DNA of 64,000 nucleotides, taken from positions 882,440 through 946,439 of the forward strand of contig CAVQBA010000006.1 of assembly GCA_963710605.1 (NCBI GenBank). The letters run 5' to 3'. Numbering within the stretch: the first letter of the stretch is position 1; each line of letters opens with the position of its first letter. Origin of the DNA: an uncultured cyanobacterium. Its GTDB lineage: Bacteria; Cyanobacteriota; Cyanobacteriia; Cyanobacteriales; Cyanobacteriaceae. The notes beneath the pieces were generated by a model. It worked only from the letters and a program-made list of their open reading frames with translations. It did not search any database and was not told the DNA's origin. Of the stretch, positions 1 to 9,666 are shown one piece after another. The position numbers were made by a program, and so were the translations under genes.

Positions 1-26
1 ATAATTATTTCGATTAAAAAAAGAAG

Positions 27-1109
27 ATGATAAATATTGCCAAACATAATAAATTACTTAAAGGATATAAATTTATTGACTTATTTGCTGGTATTGGTGG
101 TTTTCATTATGCTTTAAAATCATTCGGGGCAGAATGTGTTTTTGCTTCGGAAATTGACCAGAAAACAGCCGAAATTTATTATCTAAATCATAAATTAAAA
201 CCAGAAGGAGATATTACTAAAATCAACGAGCAAAGCATCCCCAAGCACGACATTTTGTGTGGTGGATTTCCTTGTCAGGCTTTTTCTATCTCTGGCAAAC
301 AAAAGGGATTTGAGGATACTAGAGGGACTTTATTTTTTGATATTGCTCGTATTGTCGATTATCATAAGCCAAAAATTGTTTTTCTAGAAAATGTTAAAAA
401 CTTTGTTAAACACGATCGAGGTAAAACTTTAAATACCGTTCTTAAAACTCTTGAAAATCTTAATTATAAAGTATTCTATAAGGTTTTAAATACGAGTAAT
501 TTTGGTTTACCACAAAATAGAGAAAGAGTTTATTTAGTTGGATTTAATAACGATCGTTTTCATCAAATCAATTTTTCTTTTCCTGCTCTAAACCTCGTTT
601 CATCCTTAGAAAATTATTTAGAAGTTAATCCTCAAAATGGTAAAGTTATCGATCGTGATGACATTCATATTTATAAAGAATTCACGCCAACTACAAACAT
701 ATTTGGTGAAATAGATTTACCCAACAAACCCATCCAAATTGGAAAAGTAAACAAAGGAGGGCAAGGAGAAAGAATCTATCACCCCAAAGGACACGCTATT
801 ACTTTATCAGCTTATGGTGGTGGTGTTGGTTCAAAAACTGGATTGTATAAAATTGATAATAAAATCAGAAAATTATCTCCTAGAGAGTGTGCGAGGATTC
901 AAGGATTTCCTGAAGATTTCATTTTTCCTAAAAGTGTCACTCAAGCGCATAGACAATTTGGTAACAGTGTTTCGATTGATACCTTACAATTTATTATTGA
1001 CGAAATATTAAAGACAATTCAAGACAATGACAAACGATCGACAAAAAGGCTCTCAAACAGCATTGAATGGATTCAAAAACGAGAAAGATATAGTTCAAAA
1101 ATTCAATAA
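27..1109 (+). CDS. DNA (cytosine-5) methyltransferase, M.HhaI-like (probable GCGC specificity)
   Basis: C5-MTase motifs DLFAGIGG, GFPCQ, ENVK, QNRER, RECAR and QFGNSV. The target-recognition segment KGGQGERIY..GHAITLSAYGGG closely resembles M.HhaI. Confidence 0.92.
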   Translation: MINIAKHNKLLKGYKFIDLFAGIGGFHYALKSFGAECVFASEIDQKTAEIYYLNHKLKPEGDITKINEQSIPKHDILCGGFPCQAFSISGKQKGFEDTRGTLFFDIARIVDYHKPKIVFLENVKNFVKHDRGKTLNTVLKTLENLNYKVFYKVLNTSNFGLPQNRERVYLVGFNNDRFHQINFSFPALNLVSSLENYLEVNPQNGKVIDRDDIHIYKEFTPTTNIFGEIDLPNKPIQIGKVNKGGQGERIYHPKGHAITLSAYGGGVGSKTGLYKIDNKIRKLSPRECARIQGFPEDFIFPKSVTQAHRQFGNSVSIDTLQFIIDEILKTIQDNDKRSTKRLSNSIEWIQKRERYSSKIQ

Positions 1110-1774
1110 GAGTGCAAAATGATATTGAAGCTCAATATTGGTTGAGTCTAATGGAGTACGATATCAAAGAAATAGAATATGTGAAGGCAATTATCTTATC
1201 AGGGTATAAAACAGATGTTCAAGTACAAATTTCAGTAAAATTAAAAGAAGCTATTGATGTTGAGAATATACAAGTCAAACTGGTAAGTAATTTAAAAGGA
1301 TTTAATCAGATAGATAAGAGGTGGATTGATAAATACATTGAGATGTGGGCAATACCATTGAATGTTTCTACTTTATTAAAACAATATACAGGAGAAATTT
1401 TGCCTATAATTCAAAATCCAAAAGATGAAAGAAGAACTTTTGCGAATGAATTTAGTCAACAAGACCAAAAAATATTACTTGATTGGTTGAATAACAATAA
1501 ATCGCTGATTGTTAGTGATATTTTAAAAGGAAGAGGTAAATTTGCGGCTGAGTGGATGTTAGTGGCACAAAAAGTCGAAGACTCTGCAAGATGGATTTTG
1601 AAACCGATGAATTATTGCTTAAACTTTTTTGGAAATGGAAAAATAGAAATAACAAATAGAGGCAGTTTTAAAATAGGAAGAATTACGATGCAAAGAAAAG
1701 GAGGAGATGGAGGTCGGAAAACGGCTCAAATGCTACAATTCAAAATTAATCCAGCAGAATTATTCGATGAATAA
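1027..1774 (+). CDS. Type II restriction endonuclease, R.HinP1I-like, with an apparent +1 frameshift near 1110
   Basis: ATG at 1027 gives MTNDRQKGSQTALNGFKNEKDIVQKFNK, which resembles the HinP1I N-terminus. It continues in the 1112..1774 frame (NIQVKLVSN, GFNQIDK, AAEW, QRKGGD, MLQFKI). Lies directly after the MTase. Confidence 0.85.
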
Positions 1775-1873
1775 AACCTACTGTATAACGAAGTTACCAA
1801 TCATTAATAGATAGTAATAAATCACGATCGATTTTACTATTATTACTATTTAAGATCGTTATCCTCCCAAATA

Positions 1874-2506
1874 TCATTGTGATAAAGTCGATCGATATAT
1901 GTCTTTTTGAAGAGAATGTATCTGTTTGTTATTTATTCGATCGATAATATATTGTTTTGCCATATATTTAGCCTCTAAAAACCATTGTTTTTCAGTTTCT
2001 TGTACCTCCCAAACTTCGGAGTATTCTTCTGCTAATTCATACGAATGAGCTACATGACACATCAAATCGGTTAAACTATCGTAACGAATTGACCAATCTT
2101 CGCATTCATGATCTAACATTCTCATAGGATGATAATTGCTATCTTCGCAAACAACAGTTAAAAAAACGCCATTCTCCGCCCAGTTTTCAAAAATGGGAAA
2201 GCTATTCTCAAACCAGTATATTTCTTCCATTTCATTGTAATGTATGTCTCTCAACTATTCGTCGTAGGCGGCAAGAGCAAATTCAAATGACAAAAAATCA
2301 TAATTATTAAAAATAAATTTATTTACATATCCGTTGTGCCATTCATAAAGTTCGTACACTTCATTTGGTATCTCAAAAGGTAATTGTTTGATTTGTTCTT
2401 TAATTAAATCTCGGTTAATTCCTGGTGCTAAATTATTAGCCTGTATTGAAATATTTAAGGATAAGAATGTGTCTATTTTTTCTAAGGCTTCAGTTAGTTT
2501 TGACAT
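1874..2506 (-). pseudogene. SMI1/KNR4 (SUKH)-family protein interrupted by one in-frame TAG at 2255-2257
   Basis: Two abutting same-frame ORFs (..AYDE*LRDIH..). Motif LAPG..LPFEIPNEVYELYEWHNG..YDFLS..FPIF is typical of SMI1/KNR4. Confidence 0.7.
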
Positions 2507-2534
2507 TTTAATTTATTTTTAATTTGTATTATGT

Positions 2535-2661
2535 TAAGTCGCCCCAATTAATTAAAAGTCAGAAAGATTAAGCTTGTAGTGAGGGCTTAAGCCCTTATCC
2601 TAACAGCTTTTTATACCCCTAAAGGGGTAACGACAAACTTTTTTTTAGGTAAAGCTACTTA
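2535..2661. repeat. ~127-bp dispersed MITE-like repeat, copy 1
   Basis: Closely similar to 48016-48145. Ends TAAGT(C/A)GC...GCTACT(T)A, with internal palindromes GGGCTTAAGCCC and ACCCCTAAAGGGGT. Confidence 0.8.
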
Positions 2662-2729
2662 GTCGCTAATCGATCGTAATTAATAAGTAAGGGCTTATGA
2701 GAGTTGTTACAATTAATTGATAAGGAGAA

Positions 2730-2826
2730 TTCAACCCGTCACCCCCGAGCAATTGATCGAGGAAATACTTTCGTGACATATGTCTTATTACGTTCAAGTG
2801 CGTTTGTTCGAGAAGCTAAGAAAATT
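2730..2826 (+). pseudogene. Remnant of a type II toxin-antitoxin junction (antitoxin C-terminus plus RelE/YafQ-like toxin N-terminus)
   Basis: QPVTPEQLIEEILS* overlaps via GTGA (2773-2776) with MTYVLLRSSAFVREAKKI. Resemblance stops at GCGATCGT (2827). Confidence 0.4.
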
Positions 2827-3023
2827 GCGATCGTACTTGTAAAAACTAAACAACCAACTGGATCAGGATTACTAATTTTTAATGTTCGAGGGCTTTGAAA
2901 CTGATAGTTTATAAATCTCAGCTTATGATATATAGCTTTTTGATAACTAAAACTTATGCAATATTAAATAAACTTATATTTAATCACCCTTGTCATAAGT
3001 AAAAAATATCACTATACTAGTAA

Positions 3024-3347
3024 GTGTTAAGCAAAACTAATCAATTAATCAGTAAGATGATGTTAAATTACAATCTATCAAATTTAGTAAAATCGCCTTT
3101 AAATACTATCAAAACAAGACTAATAAATTTAGAAATTAGTACGAAAGAAACCGCAGAAAAAATAGTTAATTTAATTCCTAATACTTGTCCATTTGCTAAA
3201 GATATCACAATTTTTGGTCTTCTAATCTTCACTATTCCCCCACTATGTAAACTCAATCCTTTCTACGACGATTTAATGATGTTACGTTTTCGTGCTTTAT
3301 CTTTTCTTTGTGAAATAGGAGAAGATATTAGCCATTATTGTCAATAA
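3024..3347 (+). CDS. Mo-dependent nitrogenase C-terminal domain-like protein (cyanobacterial, function unknown)
   Basis: Signature IPNTCPF..IPPLCKLNPFYDDLMMLRFRALSFL. True start is possibly the ATG at 3057. Confidence 0.85.
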   Translation: MLSKTNQLISKMMLNYNLSNLVKSPLNTIKTRLINLEISTKETAEKIVNLIPNTCPFAKDITIFGLLIFTIPPLCKLNPFYDDLMMLRFRALSFLCEIGEDISHYCQ

Positions 3348-3566
3348 AATTGCTTTTTTACTTTTAAAATATGTCTGACTAATACCAATTGAGTTATAAG
3401 TATATGTTATTAATTATTCGAGATGATTTGAATACGATCGCTAAATGAATTTATGGTTACATAGTACTGTGTCAGAAACGTTTGAACTCCTCAAGGTTGG
3501 ATTTCTCTACGATACATTATAAGAGAGAAACCTAATAACCAACCCCGATCGAGTATCAACTAATTA

Positions 3567-4415
3567 TCAGCCTAATTCAAAAGTAGTAACACCAAAAATT
3601 TGGTTAACAGGCAAATCAGGAATTTCTTGGTTATACATTCTAGCGGTTTCAAATACCATCTTTAAACCATATTTAGCTACCAAAGTTTTTGCATCAGGAT
3701 TAACTTCAGGTATATCTAAATAAATCGGTTGTTTTGGTTTGACTGCGGAAATTAAACCAATAAAAATGTCTTCTGCTACAGTTAAATTATCCGCAAATAA
3801 GGGTCCTATTTTATACCCTGTCTGACAAACTCGAATCATACCGTAACCAAGAAGCCGATCGTTTTTAACTATACCTAATACTTTGTTTTCAGGTTGAATT
3901 AGCCAAGATTTCAAAAAAGCACTTCTATCGTCAGGGAAAAAAAGATAATCGTATTGATTAATCGTTTCTGGGGAAAAAGAAGCTAAATCAATCACATTAG
4001 GATTAACAGGTAGTTGTTGAGAGATACCTTCATAACGAATATTACTATAAGCTAATTTAAAACCCGATTTCTGATAATTATTTTGTTGGGCAACTACACC
4101 ATCAAGCCCAACATTTCTTCCCGACAGATGTTTTAAGGCTTCATTCCAAATTTGGATACCGTAACCTTGCCCCCGATAACCTTCTTTGACAATATAAAAA
4201 CCAATAAAACCGAAACTATCACCATATCTTACCGCAGAAATAGTAGCGATCGGTTTATTATTAAGTAAGCCTATCAAAAACCCTTCTTTGTCTGCTTGAT
4301 AAAAACATTGAGCATCATATAAACCTGGATTCCAACCTTCACGACTTGCCCAGTCAACCGCAATATCTATTTCAGCACGAGACATTACCCTAATTTGATA
4401 ATTATTAGTATTCAT
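3567..4415 (-). CDS. GNAT family N-acetyltransferase (YitH-like, two-domain)
   Basis: WASREGWNPG, acetyl-CoA motif YRGQGYG, YQKSGF, KIGPLFAD, FETARMY. Confidence 0.88.
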   Translation of the reverse strand: MNTNNYQIRVMSRAEIDIAVDWASREGWNPGLYDAQCFYQADKEGFLIGLLNNKPIATISAVRYGDSFGFIGFYIVKEGYRGQGYGIQIWNEALKHLSGRNVGLDGVVAQQNNYQKSGFKLAYSNIRYEGISQQLPVNPNVIDLASFSPETINQYDYLFFPDDRSAFLKSWLIQPENKVLGIVKNDRLLGYGMIRVCQTGYKIGPLFADNLTVAEDIFIGLISAVKPKQPIYLDIPEVNPDAKTLVAKYGLKMVFETARMYNQEIPDLPVNQIFGVTTFELG

Positions 4416-4639
4416 TGGCGTTAGTGATGAAGGTTATCTTGTTATCTTAATTCTACGATCGAATTTTAATTGACTATATTTATAAATTTAAAAGAATACT
4501 CGTTTCTTTAATTTGACATATTTATAGCTTCTGCTACTTTCGAGATACGATGAAATCCCGCCGAACTATACTGATAGCTACAACCCTTTGAACTTGTTAG
4601 TTCTTTTACACCTATTTTTTAGCTAATTGTTTTTGATCA

Positions 4640-5257
4640 TCCCGATCGCAACTTTAGCCTAAATTACAAGAATTTTATTGATTGTTCCAAATTGAGGATT
4701 TCCTGATTCGCAAAGAGTTGTTTTAAACTTTCTCTTTCTAAATCAGTATTTTTAGCAACTTGATTAAATCCACCATTCGCTTTGACTACTTCTTTGAAAG
4801 CAACGTTTTAGACGTAGGTAATCCATCTTTAAAGCTCCTCAAATACCGTTCTAAATCTTGGTCTTGTAAATTGGTTTTAAGAAGTTTTGATATGTCGTTT
4901 TGATTTCATTTTATTTTCCTCCCAAAGATTAATTATTTTTTGAGGTTTAAAGCTTGATTCCCTGGGATACTTTTCTATCTCTTCGTAAAAAACCTTAACA
5001 ATTACAGTTCTAATTGACAAAATAGATTCTTATCCACTACTTTAATAAATTGCTTAATTCTGATACACCTTTACCGACTGGTTTGCAATCTCCAAAAGTC
5101 ACCAGTCTATTTTTAACGATCGATTCGTAGCGGCGATAAAGTCTTGGATAATTTTTATTGTCTTTGATACCGAAACTACCATCATCAAAAGTTGACAATA
5201 ACCTTGACCAAAGTTTGAAGAGCGGTTTGTGGACCTATTAATTTCGTTTGGTTTCAT
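4640..5257 (-). pseudogene. Degraded addiction-module pair (RelE/HigB-like killer plus HTH antidote)
   Basis: Fragments LVTFGDCKPVGKGVSEL (~5053-5106) and VVKANGGFNQVAKNTDLERESL..SGNPQFGTINKIL (~4672-4790). ATGs at 5257 and at 4909 (GGAGG upstream). Many stops and frameshifts. Confidence 0.7.
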
Positions 5258-5482
5258 TATTTAATTGAATCCCAAAGATACAGTCAACCAAATATTAATA
5301 CAATAATTTTAAATTGAAGCAGAAGATAAACTACTTTTGTTTAATAACATTTAATTAATTAGATTTATCAACGAATTTTTATGTTATCATCGTCGTGATG
5401 ACTACTGTAAAATAACTATTATTGTTACTAAATCAAGTAGATAAATAACCTTTATCGTTGTCTTTTACACCTAGCTCGCTCG

Positions 5483-6490
5483 TTAAAGTTTAATATTATT
5501 TAATTGAGAGCGAGGATTTTCTTTACTTATTTGCTGTATTTTTTCGTAATATTCCTTCTCTAGCTTAGTGACATTTTTAGGAGTTGCGATCGTGATTCTA
5601 GCAAAAAGATCGCCATTTTGTCCTTTTGGGCTACTCCAGCCTTTGCCTTTAAGTCGTAAAGATTGTCCGTGACGAATACCTGCGGGTATCTTCATCGAGA
5701 CATTACCTTCAGGAGTTGGAATATCTACTTCTCCACCTAAAACTGCTTCTGTTGGAGTTATTGGCACTTCACAAACTAATTTATCATCTTCCCATTGAAA
5801 AAACTGGTGTGGAGTTAATTGTACTTTTAAATATAAATCGCCTTTTTGTTGATTTAAAGGATTTACATTACCTTTACCCTTGAGTCTTATTTTCGTCCCG
5901 TTTCTTGCTCCTGCGGGTATTCTGGTATCGATCGTTTCTGTACCCAATTTCAGCTTAGTTTCTACACCATGATAAGCTTGAGAATAAGTTAGATTAATAC
6001 TTTTTTCTAGATCGTAGTCTTTGTTATTAATTGTTTGACGGTTATTAAAATTGTTATAACCAGTACTATTATTGGTTGTTGTACGTGTATTTGTTCTAGC
6101 ACCACCGCCAAATGGACGACCGAGCAAATCACCAATAAATTCGTCAAAACTACCATATTCACCGAAATTGAAATCGTTGACATTGACATTGGTATTAAAA
6201 CCTGTCCGTTGTTGCCCCGCACCTGCACCTGCCCAAGGGTTGTTACCAGCTTTATCAGCTTGTTGCCAATACTTGCCAAATTGATCGTATTTTTGGCGTT
6301 TGTCTTTATCTCCCAAGACTTCATAAGCCTCGCTAATTTCTTTAAATTTTTCTTCTGCTACTTTGTTATCTGGATTACGATCGGGATGATATTTTACTGC
6401 TAACTTACGAAAAGCTTTTTTGATTTCGTCTGGAGAAGCACTTTTTTGAACGCCTAATACTGAATAATAATCTTTAAAATCTGTTGCCAT
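5483..6490 (-). CDS. Type II DnaJ/CbpA-like co-chaperone
   Basis: J domain ([23 protein letters not shown]), G/F-rich linker and DnaJ C-terminal domain. No zinc finger. Confidence 0.93.
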   Translation of the reverse strand: MATDFKDYYSVLGVQKSASPDEIKKAFRKLAVKYHPDRNPDNKVAEEKFKEISEAYEVLGDKDKRQKYDQFGKYWQQADKAGNNPWAGAGAGQQRTGFNTNVNVNDFNFGEYGSFDEFIGDLLGRPFGGGARTNTRTTTNNSTGYNNFNNRQTINNKDYDLEKSINLTYSQAYHGVETKLKLGTETIDTRIPAGARNGTKIRLKGKGNVNPLNQQKGDLYLKVQLTPHQFFQWEDDKLVCEVPITPTEAVLGGEVDIPTPEGNVSMKIPAGIRHGQSLRLKGKGWSSPKGQNGDLFARITIATPKNVTKLEKEYYEKIQQISKENPRSQLNNIKL

Positions 6491-6713
6491 CTCCTTTGAT
6501 TTCCTCCTTTGTATCTATATTTGTTGTTTGTTTAAAAGTGCAATCAATGTCATTGACTTAATCTAACTGACAATCTTTGTCTTGTAACTAAGTACCGTTA
6601 GCAAAAGTGATTATTCCTCATTTTATTGTAACCTGATGTTATCGGGTTGTTGATTCAATTAGACTAACCAAAAAAATTTTCTTGTTTGTAACTCAATTAT
6701 CAATATTTTATAA

Positions 6714-6918
6714 TATATAGCGTTTCCCAGACTTGTGAGGTACAGTTAATGATCAATAAGTCCCCTTAAATAAAAGCGAAGCATCCTTAAATTTCCCCCT
6801 TACGAAGGGGAGGGGCTGTCACCTGAATTAATTTCAGGTGCTTGTAAGCCCCGTGGCAAGGGGGATGGGGATTTAGGGGGATTTCTTTGTATTTCAGAAT
6901 GGTGATAATTGCTATATA
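6714..6918. repeat. Intergenic palindromic/MITE-like element
   Basis: Bounded by TATATAGC...GCTATATA. Contains the hairpin CCCCTT-ACG-AAGGGG and a GGGGAT tract, also seen at ~21340, ~24865 and ~37805. Confidence 0.55.
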
Positions 6919-7059
6919 TTGACAAAAATGAGAGAAAATGCACGACAACAATCAAATAGTATTTAGAGTGAATAACAGATTATAAGTTTGTCAGACTATC
7001 AAATAGAAAAACATAACGATCGCAAAAATTAATAAAAACCTAAAAAAACTAAAAGATAT

Positions 7060-7830
7060 ATGATTTACTGGCGAGAAACTTTAGCCGTTACTCAAAGAAT
7101 TTTACGAGAGTTATTTACTAGAAAAAGAAGCTTAATATTTTGGTCAATTTTTCCGATTTCAATTCTTTTGATTAATAGTTATATTATCGCTGAAAGAGCA
7201 AAGATAACAGTAACTTTAGCGATGAAAATATCTGCTCCTTCTAGTTTGATGGGGGCGGCTTTATTTTTTAGTTGTTTAGGTGGTACTGTAGCGACTATCG
7301 TCAGAGAAAGAGAGCAGAAAACTTTAAAACGTTTATTTATCTCGCCGATGAGAGGAATTTCTTATTTTTTAGGTATTTTTTTAGCTCATAGTTTAATTGG
7401 TTTAGGACAAACTGTTTTAATTTATGGACTTTTATTTGCTGTTGGTAAATCTATCTCAGGATCAATCGTTTTAGGTATTATTATTATTATTTTAAGTATT
7501 ATTAGTTATGTCGGAGTTGGTTTTATTTTAGGTACTCAATTAGCCAAAAGAACAGAAGATGTAAATACAGTTGTTGCCACGATCGGTGTTCCTTTATTAA
7601 TTGTTGGTGGTACTTTTTTTCCTAGTTCTTTATTTCCTGATAAATTATTAGAAATTGCTCAATTTAATCCTATTTTTCACATGAATGAAGCCTTAATTGA
7701 TTTATGGGGTAAGGGCAAAGATTGGCAAGATATTCAAGGTCATTTTTGGTTTTTATTGGTATTTTCGATCGTCATGATACTATCAGGTTGGTGGTGTTAT
7801 GAACACATGGTCAAATCTGAGAATAATTAA
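7060..7830 (+). CDS. ABC-2 type transporter permease
   Basis: Six hydrophobic segments, EREQKTLKRLFISP, GGTFFP, NPIFHM. Confidence 0.88.
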   Translation: MIYWRETLAVTQRILRELFTRKRSLIFWSIFPISILLINSYIIAERAKITVTLAMKISAPSSLMGAALFFSCLGGTVATIVREREQKTLKRLFISPMRGISYFLGIFLAHSLIGLGQTVLIYGLLFAVGKSISGSIVLGIIIIILSIISYVGVGFILGTQLAKRTEDVNTVVATIGVPLLIVGGTFFPSSLFPDKLLEIAQFNPIFHMNEALIDLWGKGKDWQDIQGHFWFLLVFSIVMILSGWWCYEHMVKSENN

Positions 7831-7912
7831 CAACGTGAATTTCTCTTTCTACTTTTATCTACTTTAATTATCAATTGTCAATTGTCAATTATCAATTATC
7901 AATTATTTATTA

Positions 7913-8482
7913 TTACTTATTCTTCGCTGTCCAGACTCCACCAATAAAACCAAATAAGTGAGCTAACCAAGAAACATGAGGAGTAGAAGGCAAGACACCC
8001 CAAATCATACCGCCATAGAGGAAGAATACGAGTAAAGAAAGAGCGATCGAAGCAGTATTACGTTGGAAATAGCCTCTGAGCATCAAAAAGCCTAAATAGC
8101 CGAAGACAACACCACTCGCACCCACAGTAATTGAATTAGCTTGACCAAATAACCAGACACCTACTCCACTAAACAAAATCGAGTATAAAGAAACGACGAA
8201 AAAATCACGGGTATTTTGTAACATCACAAACCAACCCAAGATAATGAAAGGAAAAGTATTGGCTAACAAATGAGCAAAATCAGCGTGAAGAAAGGGAGAA
8301 AGAATAATTCCTCTCATGCCAATTATATTTCTAGGTACAATACCAAAGTAGTCTAAACTATCGCCAAAATACGATTGACTGACGATTTCGATCGCCCATA
8401 ACGCTACCACACAAACACCAATAATACTAAACTGTTCTTTTAATTCTTTACTTAAAGCCTTGACTTTATCTTCAGTAGTCAT
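7913..8482 (-). CDS. Rhomboid family intramembrane serine protease
   Basis: FLHADFAHLLAN, catalytic GASG, AHLFG. Confidence 0.92.
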   Translation of the reverse strand: MTTEDKVKALSKELKEQFSIIGVCVVALWAIEIVSQSYFGDSLDYFGIVPRNIIGMRGIILSPFLHADFAHLLANTFPFIILGWFVMLQNTRDFFVVSLYSILFSGVGVWLFGQANSITVGASGVVFGYLGFLMLRGYFQRNTASIALSLLVFFLYGGMIWGVLPSTPHVSWLAHLFGFIGGVWTAKNK

Positions 8483-8958
8483 AATTTTGTTGATGATTTA
8501 ACTATCTTCTCCATTTTATACCTTCGGAAAAGAACATCACCATAATAAACCGTTTCCATTGTCACAACTTCAAAACCACAACGGCTAAAAACAGGCTCAG
8601 AAAAAAAACTTGCTTCTGTATAAAATTTTGTAATACCAGCTTCAATACCGATGTTTAAGACATGATTTAAAAGTTTTGTACCATATCCTTGACGAGTATA
8701 ATCTGGATGTAAATAAAGAGAGACTATATGCCCATCTTCAGTTGCTAAACCACAAAAACCAATAATTGTTTCGTTTTGAATTAATAAATAAGTATCACAG
8801 CCAAAAATAAATTGCCAATATTTGTCTGGATTATCAGGCGTTAATGACCATGCTTTTACTTGTTCGGGAGTATATAAACTTGGTGCTAGTCTTTTTACAC
8901 TATCACGATATATCTGTCTTAAACGGGGAAAATCTTTTTCTTCGGCAATACAAAACAC
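8479..8958 (-). CDS. GNAT family N-acetyltransferase (YafP-like)
   Basis: YTPEQVKAW, LYLHPDYTRQGYG, TEASFFSEPVFSRCGF. Confidence 0.88.
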   Translation of the reverse strand: MFCIAEEKDFPRLRQIYRDSVKRLAPSLYTPEQVKAWSLTPDNPDKYWQFIFGCDTYLLIQNETIIGFCGLATEDGHIVSLYLHPDYTRQGYGTKLLNHVLNIGIEAGITKFYTEASFFSEPVFSRCGFEVVTMETVYYGDVLFRRYKMEKIVKSSTKL

Positions 8959-9083
8959 AACTTATTTATTATCGTTAATTATTTACTTTTCATTGTTAAT
9001 GGTTAATAGTTAATTGTCAATTATGTTGAACAGTCTAAATTATTCAGAAAAAGAAGCTGAGCTAGTATGAGGAAAAATATATA

Positions 9084-9539
9084 ATGAGCGTCAATAAAGT
9101 AACTAAAATTATATTTATTATACTTAGTATTTATAGTGTTATTGCTATTATATTATATGGTTTATTTGTTTATATTGATTACAAAGTTTTAACGCCAGAA
9201 TCAGTAAGTTTCCCAAATATCAATCAAGTTACGCACATAGAAGTTCAGGTATATCAAGAATCTGAAATACCATCTAAACTTTATTTTTATTCGATTGAAG
9301 ACAGGAAAAAAATAAAAGCAATATTATTATTTTTGAATAAACACGATAATAAATGGTCTTATTACATTGCAACATCACCTATTTATCCTTATACTGCATC
9401 TTTTAAAAATGATGAAGAATATCTAATTTCTATTTTCCTTGGTCTCGAAAAATCTCTTGGAGTTTCTGGAGATATTGTAACAAGTATTTCATCACAACAA
9501 GAGCAAGAATTATTTCAATTATTAAATATTCCAGAATAG
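9084..9539 (+). CDS. Hypothetical protein with an N-terminal membrane anchor
   Basis: 151-aa ORF with a hydrophobic N-terminus and GAGGA upstream. No recognisable motif. Confidence 0.6.
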   Translation: MSVNKVTKIIFIILSIYSVIAIILYGLFVYIDYKVLTPESVSFPNINQVTHIEVQVYQESEIPSKLYFYSIEDRKKIKAILLFLNKHDNKWSYYIATSPIYPYTASFKNDEEYLISIFLGLEKSLGVSGDIVTSISSQQEQELFQLLNIPE

Positions 9540-9666
9540 CTTTGTATTCAGAAATACTATTATAATTTTGTTCCTAATTAGTTAAATATTCCTTTTTTAA
9601 ATCACTTTACTATACTTTAATTCTTCAGACAAAATTACAAATAATATAAAATTTTTTTGTTAATTA

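Noticed and set aside
3024-3347. Evidence for nitrogen fixation
   Set aside because: The domain name is historical, and no nif structural genes are in the window.
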